Below, one piece after another: positions 37,138 to 50,593 of a stretch of 64,000 bases of DNA (position 1 is its first letter; every line of letters starts with the position of its first letter). The stretch is taken from contig NC_043000.1 in the NCBI RefSeq assembly GCF_006345805.1, positions 72,602,001 to 72,666,000 of the forward strand, given 5' to 3'. Under the pieces are notes generated by a model that was not told the DNA's origin, did not search any database, and saw nothing but the letters and a program-made list of their open reading frames with translations. The position numbers were made by a program, and so were the translations under genes. Origin of the DNA: Octopus sinensis. Its lineage: Eukaryota.

Positions 37138-40100
37138 CGGGGAACGTTTAAGATGTAAGAAGGAAAAAACAGAGCTCCGAAACCTATCCACAAACATCGA
37201 AAACAAGGACATCCTATGGAGCCAAAGTTTTACTAACAAAGAATTGGACTGTATCCGAGTAAGTAATACTAATTGAAATTTATTACTATTTTCGAAACGA
37301 AATGATGTATTTTGACTCGATATCATCTCCGCCTCTAACGCAACACATGTAAACATGCGTGAAACATCACGATCATCCTCGACCCCAAACACCATGTACA
37401 TAGGAACTACGAAGAAATTAAATGCCACCGATACTATTCAACCCAAGAATAACAATGGAGCGGTACGTACATTAAACTTACAACAAAAAATGTACGAAAA
37501 ACTACACGTGCGAAATAATGTGACAACAGAAATAAACGGACCGGTACCCTACGAAAATGACGACCGTCAAAATAATGGGCCGGACGTTGTACCTCATGTC
37601 CCGCAAATAAAACCCAAAAGACGTAAATGGACACGTGAGGAATACATTTCTATCTTACACGCATACTTCACAGCGATACTCTACCCAAAAAATGAAAATA
37701 CAACAACACATACATATAAAATATGGAAGGAAAATAATAGAGATATAGACTTGGATACAGCAATGAACCCTAATAAATTAGCTAACATTCTCAACACAAA
37801 AACAATATCAGAAATAGAAATAGAACACCTAAAAGAAAACATACGCCAGGAAAATGTAAATAGAAGCCACACAACAATGCCCAATAATATAAACACTGAA
37901 ACTGTAAAACACGAAGACAAACGCAACATTCCCAACAAACACGATGTGAACAACGAAGGGGAGCCTAATGATTATGATAATATAAAAAATAAAATAATCA
38001 AAGAACTGAAAACCACAGAGCTCAAAATGGACCAACGACCATACCTCCCAAGAATCAAAATAAACGAAATAACAACACCTATTATAAACAACATAAACCT
38101 AGCCGTCACTGAACTGATAGCCACTGAATTAAAAAAAAGTGATATCACTGAGCTAAATAACCTAATATACGCAGCAGCCACTGCAGCCACAAAAGAAGCT
38201 GGATACTCACACAAACCCGCCCAAACAGGAGTACCACCACCCAAACAAACCCTGTGGATAAATAACATCCAAAGCAACATAAAAAAAATTAGAAAAGACC
38301 TGTCGATTCTTAATGAAATCAGCAAACAATCAACGCTACTGAGCAACAAAAAGAGAACGAAAATACTCCGCAAATATAACATCACAGAGAAAGATTTGCC
38401 TGAAATAAAAGAAAAGCTGAAGCAAGATATCCTTGCCAAAGCACAAAGGATCCGCCGGTACAAGAAACGCCAACGCTTCTTTGAAGAAAACAAAAAGTTC
38501 AACTCCAACCCCAAAAAGTTCCACCAAGAACTGGGCAAAAATAAAATAGAAGTCACTGCAGCACCAACGGCAGAAGAATTGGAAGAATTCTGGAGAGAAA
38601 TATGGTCGGCGAACGAACCACCAAAAAAAAGGAGTATCAAAACAACAAACTCGGCATCTGAACAACTTTGGACCCCCATAACAACTGAAGAGGTCACCCA
38701 GGCACTGCAAAGACTAAGCAACTGGAAGGCACCTGCGCATGACAAGATCCCCAACTTCTGGTTGAAATATCTAACAGGAATGCACAAAAAGCTGGATGAA
38801 AACTTTAACAACGTACTAGCAGAGCCAGAGACAATGCCTGAATGCCTCACGAAGGGGAAAACCATCTTAATTCCCAAATCAAATGAAACAGAAAAACCAG
38901 AAAACTACAGACCAATAACCTGCCTCCCTACTATGTTCAAGGCATTTACTGCAGTGATATCACAAAGGCTGAACAAGCACCTGGACGAAAACAAACTGTT
39001 CCAGAAGAGCAGAAAGGATGCCGCAAAGGCTCATATGGCTGTAAAGATCAACTAATGATAATAAAGCCATAACTGAAGACAGCCACAGAAAGAAGAAAGG
39101 CCTCAGTATGGCCTGGATTGACTACAAAAAGGCGTTTGATAGCATCCCCCACACATGGATCCTCGAAACACTAGCCATTAACAAAGTAGCACCAACAATC
39201 ATAAAATTCATAGAGCACTCTATGAATAAATGGCAAACAGTCCTACACCTCCAAACAAAAGAGGGACTCATGAAAACCAAAGACATCCCCATTAGAAGAG
39301 GAATATTCCAGGGAGACACGCTCTCTCCACTCCTTTTCTGCTTGGCACTGTCACCTCTATCTGATATGCTAAATAGAACTGGATGCGGATATAAATGTTA
39401 CGGCAAAACGATCAGCCACCTTTTATATATGGATGACCTAAAACTATACGCTACAAATGACAAACAGCTGGAAACATTATTAAAGACAGTTCATGGATTT
39501 ACCAAAGAAATAGATATGAAATTTGGATTAGAAAAAATGCGCCAAAGTAACCCTGAAAAGAGGAAAACTAGTTAAGAGTAGCAACATCACACTAGATAAA
39601 GCCAATGAAATAAAAGAATTAGACCAAAGCCAAACTTACAAATATTTAGGAATCCATGAACTAGATAAGACACAACACACACAAATGAAAGAGAAAATAA
39701 AGAAAGAATACTATAGACTAGATAGATCAATACTAAAAACAGAGCTTAATGCTAAAAACAAGATAATAGGTATTAACACTTTACCAGTCCCATTATAAGT
39801 TACAGCTACAATATCCTTAACTGGACGCTAAATGAACTGACCAAAATAGATAGGAAAACAAGAAAAATAATGACAGGATCTAGGATGCATCACCCAAAAT
39901 CTGACATAGAAAGGCTATATATACAACGTATAGAAGGTGGTAGAGGCCTTATAAAGCTGGAAAACTACTATAAAATAACCACCATAGGACTGCAAAAATA
40001 CCTACTTCAGAAGCAAGGAAAACTGATACAAATAGAGGCAAAACACGAGCAAAACAAAAAATTGTTCTCAGTATTTGAGGAAGCTGACAAATACAAACAA

Positions 40101-41238
40101 GAAATCATACCACCTAACAAATATGCAGAAGAAGAAGAAGAAGAAGAAAAGAAGAAGAAGAAGAAGAAGAAGAATAAGAAGAAGAAGAAGAAAAGAAGAA
40201 GAAGAGAAGAAGAAGAAAAGAAGAAGAAGAAGAAGAAAAGAAGAAGAAGAAGAAGAAGAAGAAGAAGAAGAAGGAAGAAGAAGAAGAAGAAGAAGAAGAA
40301 GAAGAAGAAGAAGAAGAAAAGCTATAAAACAAGTGAAATCCAAACTAAAACTAGAACAGCAACAGACCATGATAAAACGATGGCAAGAAAAGCCCCTTCA
40401 TGGCAAGTACTGGACTAAATTAAATGCAAAAGAAATAGAAAAAGAAAAATCCCAGCAGTGGTTGAGAAGCTCAGGACTCAAAGCAGAGACAGAAGGATTT
40501 TTAATTGCAGCACAAGACCAAAGCCTCCCCACCAGAAATTACCAAAAACATGGAATTAAAAGAAATATAACAAGTAACTGCAGAATATGTGGAGATGGAC
40601 AAGAAACAATAAATCATATTATCTCTGGCTACCCAGTCCTGGCTAAGAAGGAATATATTCACAGAGATGACAGAGTTGGGACCTACATACACTGGAAGCT
40701 ATGCCAATATTATGGAATAACAACAGAAAAAAGATGGTATAGGCACACACCAGAAAAGGTCACAGAAAACGAGAAAGCAACCATATTCTGAGATATGCCA
40801 ATACACACAGAAATTAAGGCCAACAGACCAGATATAGTTGTCAAAGATCATGAAGAAAAAAAATGCTTTCTAATTGATGTATCAATACCAGCAGATGACA
40901 ACGTTTCTCTAAAAGAAATGGAGAAACTTTCAAAATACAAAGACCTAGAAATAGAAGTAACTAGAATGTGGAATCTAAAACAGAAACAATTCCTATCATC
41001 GTAGGTGCATTAGGCATGATAAAAAAATATTCAGACAAATACATAACAAAAACACCAGGACTTACAAACACATATAACATACAGAAAAATGCACTACTAG
41101 GCACTGCACACATCCTACGCAGAACACTTTCCATATAATAACCATCAGAGCATCACATTAAATCACAGCACATACCCAAGGCACAGAGAGCTGCGCTCGG
41201 TAGTGAAGTGAAAGCACGTTATAAAAATAAAACTACTG
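37136..41238 (+). mobile_element. Near-full-length R4/Dong-type LINE, copy 2 (frameshifted; GAA tract 40128-40320)
   Basis: ORF 37355-39055 (566 aa), continuing in other frames at 39108-39575, 39870-40418, 40075-40791 and 40795-41004. Same 5' start (ACCGGGG) and 3' end (AAAATAAAACYACTG) as copy 1. Confidence 0.95.
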
Positions 41239-41245
41239 AATAATA

Positions 41246-41277
<32 letters not shown>

Positions 41278-41298
41278 TAATAATAATAATGATAATGG

Positions 41299-41334
<36 letters not shown>

Positions 41335-41391
41335 CGATGATGATGATGATGAAGATGATGATGATGATGATTAATAATAATAATGATAATG

Positions 41392-41426
<35 letters not shown>

Positions 41427-41492
41427 AATAATGACAATAATAATAATAATGATAATAATAACAATAACAATAACAATAATAATAATAATAAT
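41239..41492. repeat. Compound (AAT)n-(GAT)n-(AAT/GAT/AAC)n microsatellite
   Basis: Directly visible. Confidence 0.95.
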
Positions 41493-42048
41493 ATGTCCTG
41501 ATGCAGTACCAGGCAGCGGCTCTCGTGGCTTCTGATATTAACTGATTGGAAGTGTTATCATGTACATTGTTTTGTCTTGGTATAAAAGATGGGCTACAGC
41601 AAATATTCTGCTGAATACCACAGATTTGCTTGTCAGTTGTTTGACCTTATCCAGTTGACCATGTCCTTTGGTGGCTGACGATATGTGCATCTCTGATCAC
41701 GAGCAGAAGTAGTGGGGGAGCATCATGGCCATGTGTTGAGAGCAATTCTTTGGAGTTCGAATAATTCATCTCTGTAAATATGGATGTTTTGGTCACCATT
41801 TTTAAACAACTCTTATTCAGGGATCTATTGAGCGGTATGGGCTACTCGACCTGAAGAAAATTCTAACTGGGCCCTACCTGCAAGGTCATTCGCTGTTTAT
41901 CTTGATATGAGATCACCATGTCGCATACATATGGTTGTGATGCATGTGCCTAGTGTACCCTTATCAGACGGCTAGTCATGATGGGTATACTGAGCTTCGT
42001 ATATTTTACCCCAGTGTCACTTTGATGGCATGCACTGCTCTCTCACTC

Positions 42049-42100
<52 letters not shown>

Positions 42101-42140
42101 TAATAATAATAATAATATTAACAGTAACAATAACAATAAC

Positions 42141-42217
<77 letters not shown>

Positions 42218-43498
42218 GAGATATCAATATTAACTGAGCTAACGAGTTATCAATATTAACTGAGCTAATCTCTGGAAATGGTGTAAGATCAAGAAAAGGC
42301 AGGAAGATTGTGAGAAAATATGGACTTTCAACAAGAGAAGAACTAATCTCAGCGAAAGAAACACTTAAACAATAAGTTCAGGCAAAAGCTCAGAGAATAT
42401 GCAGATTTGAGAAAAGAATCAAATGCTACAAACAAAATAAGATGCTCAAATCCAATGCCAAATCATTTTACAGGGAAATAGGGAATGTAAAAATAACCAT
42501 TGAAAATCCACCCCTAATGGAAGAAGTTGAAAACTTTGGGAAAGAGATCTGGAGTGATGAGAAAACATACAATGAAAATAGAAACTGGATCAAACGCACC
42601 CAAGATGCCTACAAAAATCCACAAGAACAGGTGTGGGAAGACATCTCAATCGCCGACCTATGGAGGGCACTAACGAAGGCTCATAAGTGGAAATCCCCTG
42701 GTATTGAAATCCCCTGGCTCTCATCACTCTTGTCCGCACACAAAATGTTAATAATACTATTTAATAGTATTATGAAAGACCCTGAAAAAACTCCCCATTG
42801 GATGGCAAGTGGTATTACTTACCTCCTTCCCCAAAATAACGAAACGAAAGACCCAAGAACTACCGGCCTATAACATGTTTGTCTACTACCTATAAGATTT
42901 TGGCACCTATTCTAGTGGAGAAAACATACGTTTATGGAAGACAATAGCCTCTTTCACACTGAACAAAAAGGATGCAGACGAGGCTCATACGGATGCAAAG
43001 ATCAGCTCCTAATTAATCGCATGATCCTTGAGAACTGCCATAACAAGCGCAAAAATCTCAGCTCCTCATGGATTAATTATAAAAAAGCCTTTTACAGCAT
43101 ATCACATTCGTGGATTCTGAAATCGCTGGACATTTTCAAAATTTCTCCTGTGATTTCAGATTTTTAAAGTATAATATATCACTATGGAACACGAAGCTCC
43201 AATTATATCATTCTAATGGAGTATTGCGCTCAAACAATATTAGCATAAACTAGCATATTCCAAGGTGACTCACTTTCACCATTAAGTTTCTCCATAGCAC
43301 TAATACCACTCTCAAGTGAACTGAATAGAACAGAGTATGGCTACAAAATTGACAACAGGAAAATAAGCCATCTATTTCATATGGATGATTTAAAACTATA
43401 TGGCAAAGATAATGAAGAACTTGAAGGACTCTTACATACTGTGAAAGGATTCAGTGATGATATCAGGATGGAGTTTGGCCTTGAAAAGTGTGCCATAT
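42218..43498 (+). mobile_element. R4/Dong-type LINE RT fragment
   Basis: ORFs 42442-42873, 42934-43167 (EQKGCRRGSYGCKDQL, WINYKKAF) and MDDLKLY...MEFGLEKCA ending at ~43497; preceded by (AAT)n. Confidence 0.88.
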
Positions 43499-44905
43499 CT
43501 CTCGACTTTTCTTTCTTCCTTATCGCATACCTTCTTGTCAGCTGGGCATGCTATATCTATGATCCAGCATCGTTTTCTTTCTCTGTTAACACTATGTCTG
43601 GCTTCCTATTCTTTATCTCATGGTTACACTGAATCCTAAAATCCCATAGGATTATCATTTTTGATGATGCCTTCGGGTTTATATTCGTACCACTTTTTTG
43701 CTCTGTCAAGTCCATACTTTTTGCAAAGTGTCCAATGGACAATCATTGTCATGGCGTCTCTTATATTCTTTTGGGGCTAGTGGTGTACCTTGACTGGTAA
43801 TATTCCATACGGTTTCATCATTTTGTCCACAAATTCTGCACTTATCACTTTCTGATGTGTTATCTATTTTGTATTTTATATAATTCATTCTTAGTGCTTG
43901 CTCTGGTGCAGCACAGATTAGAGCCTGCATTTCCGGTTTTAAATCACTTTTAGTCGTCCATAGCCATCTTTTTTCTCTGTCTGTCTTATCTTCAACATCC
44001 CTATGAAATTGCCATCCCCATTGGATGGCAAGTGGTATTACTTACCTCCTCCCCCAAAATAACGAAACGAAAGACCAAAAAAAATTGTCTATGCATTCTT
44101 TTCTTTATCCACTTATTTTCAGTTTCATTCATTCTCAAGTCCTTGTATAGAGCTTTATCTTTGCAATCTCCCATCCTACACAAGCCTGACCGTCTTACTT
44201 CCAATAACAGTGGTTCTGTGGCATTTTTTACATACCATGCTATGTTATTTATTTTCTGCGATAACGCTGCGTTCATATCCCCGTCTTTTTCTTAATACAT
44301 ACAGTGTATCATTTTAGTGGGTGGCGTATCCCAAATCTAATCAGCAACTTCCTTGTTTTTCTGTCTAAGCTGTTTAGTTCGTATACTGTCCATGCGATTA
44401 CCCCTACTCCAAATCAAAATAGTGAAGCCACCCAGGTATTGACAGCTTCAATCTTATTCCGTCCGTATAATTTCGACTTAAGGATCAGTCTCAGTCTGTG
44501 CAAGTACACCACCTTATAATTGTCTGTCATTTCTTTCTCCATCAATTTATCCATTTCCAATATCCCCAAGTACTTATAGCCCGTCTCTTTATCTGCTTCA
44601 TAACCTCTCCCGGCGGTATCGTTAGCCCGTCCACACATTTGATTTTGCCTCCCTTCAAGACTAACACACCACACTTTTTCAGTCCGAACTCCATTTTGAC
44701 ATCAGCACTGAAGATATACACTGTATCAACGAGGGAACTGTCTTGGGATTCATTTATATCATAAAGTTTGAGTCATCCATGAATAACAAGTGGTTGACTT
44801 TTTGTTGGCGGCTTTTGAATACATACCCAAACTTTGCTTTCCTCAGAATCAGTGTTAGTGGTATCATGCACAGTACAAAGATGAATGGGGACAGGCAGTC
44901 CCTTT
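43499..44905 (-). mobile_element. R4/Dong-type LINE (another subfamily), opposite orientation
   Basis: Minus strand reads LSPFIFVLCMIPL...HLLFMDD, YKYLGILE, CAAPEQALR.NY...CRICG..DET and WDFRIQC..EIK.RKPDIV. (TTA/TTG)n at its 5' side. Confidence 0.85.
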
Positions 44906-44914
44906 ATCATTATT

Positions 44915-44949
<35 letters not shown>

Positions 44950-45140
44950 AGCTATTGTTGTTGTTGTTGTTGTTGTTCTTATTATTAATATTATTATTAT
45001 TTAGTATTGTTCTTGTAGCTGTTGTTGATAAAGTGACCTGGTAGAATCGTTACGCGTCAAACAATGAAGCTTAGTGGTATGTCTTCCAATATGTTTTCAG
45101 CTGAAATCCTGCCGAGGTCAACTTTGTCGTTTATCCACTC

Positions 45141-45370
45141 GGGCATATGGCGTAGTGGTTAAGAGCGCGGGCTACTAACCTCAAAATTCCGAGTTCGATT
45201 CCAAGCAGTGACCTGAACAACAACAACAACAGCAATAATAATAAAAATACGATAGGAATGAGAACCCAGGTTCGAAATTTCCCAAGACACCTGAAGAAGG
45301 CTGGAGGGAAACGTTGTGTTAACGACAAACAAGATGAGGACAAATATCCGGCGAATGTAAATAATGTAAA
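45141..45370 (+). mobile_element. tRNA-headed SINE-like element with a decayed hammerhead-like tail
   Basis: A-box TGGCGTAGTGG (45148-45158), B-box GAGTTCGATTCC (45191-45202), short (AAC/AAT)n, then GACAC-CTGAAGA-...-GAAAC-GTT-GTGTT (45286-45320). Confidence 0.65.
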
Positions 45371-45864
45371 TAGTGTAGAGTATCAATATGTTTTGCCTTT
45401 GCCTTTTACTTTTGTAATTCATTATTAACTTGCACACGCAATTTATTTTATAGTATATAAAATGGCATAAATGTTTATCGCTCGTTCAAATGTATTACCT
45501 GATAACATAATAGCAGAATATTAGCCTAAGTACTTTCTTAAATTCAAACATGTTATGGTCCAGTGAGAAAAGCAGTTTCTTAATTTCCTTAAGAATTCAT
45601 CAGCAAGAGGATTATACATAATAGCTTGTGTAGTGTGTATTGTGTTTGGCAGTATAATTCAATTTGCTATTCTTTTCTTTTTCTCTATGGTTGAAATTTA
45701 TTGTCTGTTTATTTTGTCACTCATTTATTACTAGCCTTATCTTTAATTACTCATCCCCTTCCTTGGATATTTGTTAAACTATAGTCTCATCTTAATTCTT
45801 TTTCTCTTCCTCTCTATGTTTTTTCAGAGGTTTTAATCTTTTATCTTTTTCAGTTATTAGACTA

Positions 45865-46195
45865 CAAGCCTACTGGCGCACCGTCCTTAAGGCTTTAGTC
45901 GAACGAAATGACCACAATAGTTATTTTTAAGTCTGGCACTCAGTCTATCCGAAACACTGGTTTATTGTGATATAAACCAACCAACACTAGTTGTCAATGA
46001 GTAGGAAGGGCGAAAACAAAGAGTCACATACACACATATGTGACGGGATTCCACACAGTTTCCGATTATGAAAGGCATTCGTCGGCTCGGGACTACATAG
46101 AAGACATATGCCCGAGGTGCACTGTGTAACTGAAACTGAAAGCATGTGGTTGAAAAGCGAGCTCCTCAGCCACACAGCCATGCCTGCACCTATGT
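45865..46195 (-). mobile_element. SINE family B, degraded
   Basis: GCTTTAGTCGAACGAAATGACC...CACAGCCATGCCTGCACC is colinear with the other family B copies. Confidence 0.65.
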
Positions 46196-46456
46196 AACTT
46201 TCTTTTCCAGTCTAATATATATAAAGGGATATTTCAATTTCATCAATGTACTTCATTTCTAACGGCTAAAGAAAATAGTATTTATATAACAAGTTGTTCC
46301 ATAATCACTTGAAACGTACGTATTAAATGCATTCGAAATAACGGTAATTAGCGTTGTGATTATTCTAACACATGCAGACAATCTACATACAGACATGTAT
46401 GTGTGTGTGTGTGTGGTGTGTGTGTGTATATATAAATACATACATACATACATACA

Positions 46457-46547
<91 letters not shown>

Positions 46548-46807
46548 AAGGGTGAAAAGGAACACACGAGTTGATATATATGAAAAAACAAGTCAAGATA
46601 GAAAATGCTAAAATAATTTTATAAAGAACATTTCAGTACCGGTTTCGGTCATTTTGAGACCTTTTCAACTGTAACGATTAAATAATTAATTTAGAAAAAT
46701 TAAAAGAAAAGTTTTTTAAAGGAATATTTGTATAGTGTTTAAATGTAAGTGGCATTCTGCCTTTCTCTGTCTCCCTTGTTTACACTTGTGTGTTCGAGGT
46801 CGTTGTG

Positions 46808-46871
<64 letters not shown>

Positions 46872-46979
46872 ATATGCACACACCTATACATATATAAGTA
46901 AGATTTTTAAACTAAATCCAGTAGTGGGGCCTGGTACAGAAGATCCTGGATTTTGAGGGCTGTGGAACCACCACTCAGT

Positions 46980-47260
46980 CACATTTGTTCCCAGGTCTAC
47001 TCAAACCAGAATAGTAACACCTGGTAGGGTCCTATCAATGGGTTAGTTACTATGCGGGCCTCTACGAATGAAGGACTCTGTAGTTCTCGTTAGAACTTTC
47101 ATCTAGAGGAAGGTAAACTCGCATAAAAACATTTCAATTGCAGTTGGTTTCTGGCTGTCTCAGTCACTTTTGTGCCAGTGGTTTTGTAGCTAAGTTGAAT
47201 AGCGGGTTCAGTGCCGTGGACGCTTTATCCACAAATTCATGCGCACAAGACCTCCTTGAA
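46980..47260 (+). mobile_element. Possible RTE LINE 5' UTR remnant
   Basis: CTAGAGGAAGGTAAACTC resembles a motif of RTE 5' UTRs. Weak; no ORF support. Confidence 0.25.
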
Positions 47261-47502
47261 CTGTCGGAACGTTTTCACAGACTGAGTTTAGGAAGTGGTC
47301 TTACTCGGTCACGAGTTAATATCGCCATACACACACACACACACTCACACACAAACGTATATATATATATATATAAGTTCAGTAAAATTTAGATTCAGTT
47401 GAATATGGTACTTAAGTTAAAGGCACCAGAATTTAGTATGGTATTATCCATATAATTTCAAAATGGAGTGATTACCTTGTTGCTTATATATGTGTGTGTG
47501 TT

Positions 47503-47536
<34 letters not shown>

Positions 47537-48110
47537 TTCTCTTTTTTTAATTTAGAGTAAATTTTGACGTGCCACCGGCAAGGTTGTAAAGGAAAGTATC
47601 TTGATTTAACTGTCATCCTTTAAATCTTAAGCAGGTCTTGCAGATTATTATAGTCCCAGATAGCGTGATCATTTGTAGCTTATGAATTAAGGATTTGCAT
47701 TCTCTCCCCCAAGATTCCAAGTCCAGCCATACTTTGCTTCAGTCGAATTGGTATGTATGTATGTATGCACACACACACACACACACACACACAAGTATGG
47801 GTGTTTAGTTCACAGGTGATCTAAACGATTAGATACGCTAGGTAAGTGCTGTAACAGATAACTAGGGCTCCAAGGTTATAGAAGAGATTGTAGTTATAGA
47901 GCCATTGCAGATTTCCAATGCAATAGATATATAATTGTTAAAGAGAACAACAACCACCTCCACTACCATTCTGTTATTGAACATTGATTTCTTTTTTCTC
48001 TCTGGATGTTTACTATATCAGGATTTTTACCAACATGGATCTACGCAGGATTGCACCTTAGGACTTATGCTCTAGTTTCTACAACATCGGAAAGTTTATC
48101 AATGAACTTT

Positions 48111-48367
48111 TATGCTTCTTTTTCTTCCCTCTCTCCATCTCCTTATTCCTTTACTCCCTTCTTCAATATCGTCATCTCATTAATATATAGCATACTCATT
48201 TTCCCTAATTTTCCTTATTTTGTTCTCCCTATTTGTCCCTGTGACAGAATATTTCATACTCGGGGTTATCCCAGAAACAGCTGTAAGACTCTGAATTTTT
48301 TCCAATAATAATATTGTATTCCACTTGAGATGTTTGCTTTGCCTTAATGTTTGTTGTCCTCTTTAAC
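48111..48367 (-). repeat. Unclassified interspersed repeat, inverted homologue of 61529-61776
   Basis: The reverse complement aligns over ~250 bp with 61529-61776 (shared AAACATTAAGGCAA, TTACAGCTGTTTCTGGGATA, AGGGAAAATGAG, GAATAAGGAGATG). Confidence 0.75.
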
Positions 48368-48381
48368 ATTATATATGTATG

Positions 48382-48465
<84 letters not shown>

Positions 48466-48490
48466 ACATATATATATACACACACACACA

Positions 48491-48822
48491 GAGGCATAGC
48501 TGTGTGGTAAGAAGCGTAGCACCACGGACAAGTGCATTCTACTATAGCCTCAGGCCGACCAAAGCCTTGTTAATAGATTTGATAGGCGGAAACTGAAAGA
48601 AGCCCATCGTATATATGTGTATGTTGTCTGTGTTTGTACCCTACCACCGCTTGACAACCGGTGTTAGTGTGTTTATATCTCCGTAACTTAGTGATTCGGC
48701 AAAAGCGACTGATACACTAATAAGGATAAGGACTTGGGTTTGTTCATTTGGCTAAAAAAAATTTTCACGACGGTGCTCCAGCATGGCCGCAACCTAATGG
48801 CTAAAACAAGTAAAAGAAAAAA
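48491..48822 (+). mobile_element. SINE family B (internal deletion, short microsatellite)
   Basis: TAGCTGTGTGGTAAGAAGC...GGACAAGTGCATTC...GAAAGAAGCCCATCG...GGTGCTCCAGCATGGCCGC. Confidence 0.8.
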
Positions 48823-49240
48823 GATTCCTGTGTACATACAGACACGCGATCATATAGCAGTCACTTTGACTTCTGAACCGGGCAGTACGTTGTGTCTTTG
48901 AACATGGCATTTCATTTCGTATTGCACCTGTTTATTCAATGCTATGAATACTAAACTAGTGCTGTGTAGTCATCTCTTCCTTCAGTTACCAAATTCTAGC
49001 TGCTCTGTTAGATCAAAGGAGAAAAAGCCGAAAAGGTCTCTATGTCTACTCACGACCTAGAACAGTTCGCTGAAGCATGATACATCATCCGCGATTTGGC
49101 GTGACGGCCATAGTTAAATATATGTATATGTATGTGTATATATATGTATGTACACAAATACATACATACATACATACATATGCACATACACACACAATAT
49201 GCATGTGCATATATGTATGAATATATGTATGTGTGTGTGC

Positions 49241-49290
<50 letters not shown>

Positions 49291-49409
49291 GTCTGTGTTT
49301 GCCTTTCAAGTGCTGTGTTTTTACTGAGATCTCCCTTTTAGTAGAAAGAATAGCTATAACTCTTTGACTGCTATTTCTAAATTCGGTGTGTGGTGAGGCA
49401 ATTCGTTGC

Positions 49410-49469
49410 TAAACCCTTAATTGCCTAGTATATATATATTATATATATATATATATAGATATATATATA

Positions 49470-49502
<33 letters not shown>

Positions 49503-49555
49503 CATACATAATACATACATATATATATATAGATATATATATATATATATATATA

Positions 49556-49596
<41 letters not shown>

Positions 49597-49617
49597 TATA
49601 CATACATATATATACAC

Positions 49618-49681
<64 letters not shown>

Positions 49682-49695
49682 ATATATATATATGT
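49410..49695. repeat. Interrupted (AT)n/(CATA)n tract
   Basis: Directly visible. Similar tracts lie at ~46430-46545, 46810-46870, 48375-48480, 49120-49290, 50520-50640, 55315-55490, 55857-55998, 57482-57961 and 60990-61135. Confidence 0.95.
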
Positions 49696-50546
49696 ACACC
49701 CACGCACGCACTTATGTTAATTTAACTGTATAAAGATACAAATATCTGTATCCACCATGATGTCCATATAATGGTATTTATGTTTCTTCTTTATAATAGA
49801 TTTCCTCGCAGGTTTATAAAATTCTTACTTCAGAAGGGGTAAATAGTATGTTGTGACACTGAATCCTTTATTAAAAGCATTATTAGCGTAAGTAAAAGTA
49901 ACTGGAAACCAAAAATGAGCGGCAAGACTAAATTCTACAAAAAATTTACTTCCAGAACACTGCACCCGCTACATTCATATTGTTAATAATGGCAGACATA
50001 GCGGTAGCATATCAAGTAGAGCAACTATATTTAGGAAGTTATGTTAGGTCGAAAAAGGAAAATCAATTAGATAAAACCTCAAAATGAAAACATCTAAATC
50101 TAAATTCCTCCTAGTTTGATGGAAAATACATTTCTCCGGAAGTGTTATTCACCTTTCTTGAATTGATTAAACATTTTGAAAATGAGAACCAAACATCAGC
50201 AAAAACATCAATTGGAAGAGAAAACGATGCCTAACCATAGATAAAACCATTAAAGTAAAAGTAAATGTGAAATAAATGTAAAGAATGAGACTGCTGTTTA
50301 CATGACATACTACAATTTGGATTGAATTCTACTAATTATATCTAAAATGCATACCATCGACATTTTTTTATTTCTTTACTTAGAAGATATAATAATGAAA
50401 AAGAAAATGCAGGGCCAATTATGTATTTCTCCGACTATAAATAATATCTGCTCTTTGACAAGCAGTAAGCAGTAAGCTGGGGGGGGCAGCAAATTGAATA
50501 CATACATATATATGCATGCATGCACACAAACACACACACGCACGCA

Positions 50547-50593
<47 letters not shown>

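Noticed and set aside
45141-45215. Possible tRNA gene
   Set aside because: A and B boxes are present but there is no acceptor stem or oligo-T terminator; better explained as a SINE head.
45555-45606. Minus-strand CTGATGA...GAAAC motif
   Set aside because: No helix I or III and no NUH triplet in register; likely chance in AT-rich DNA.
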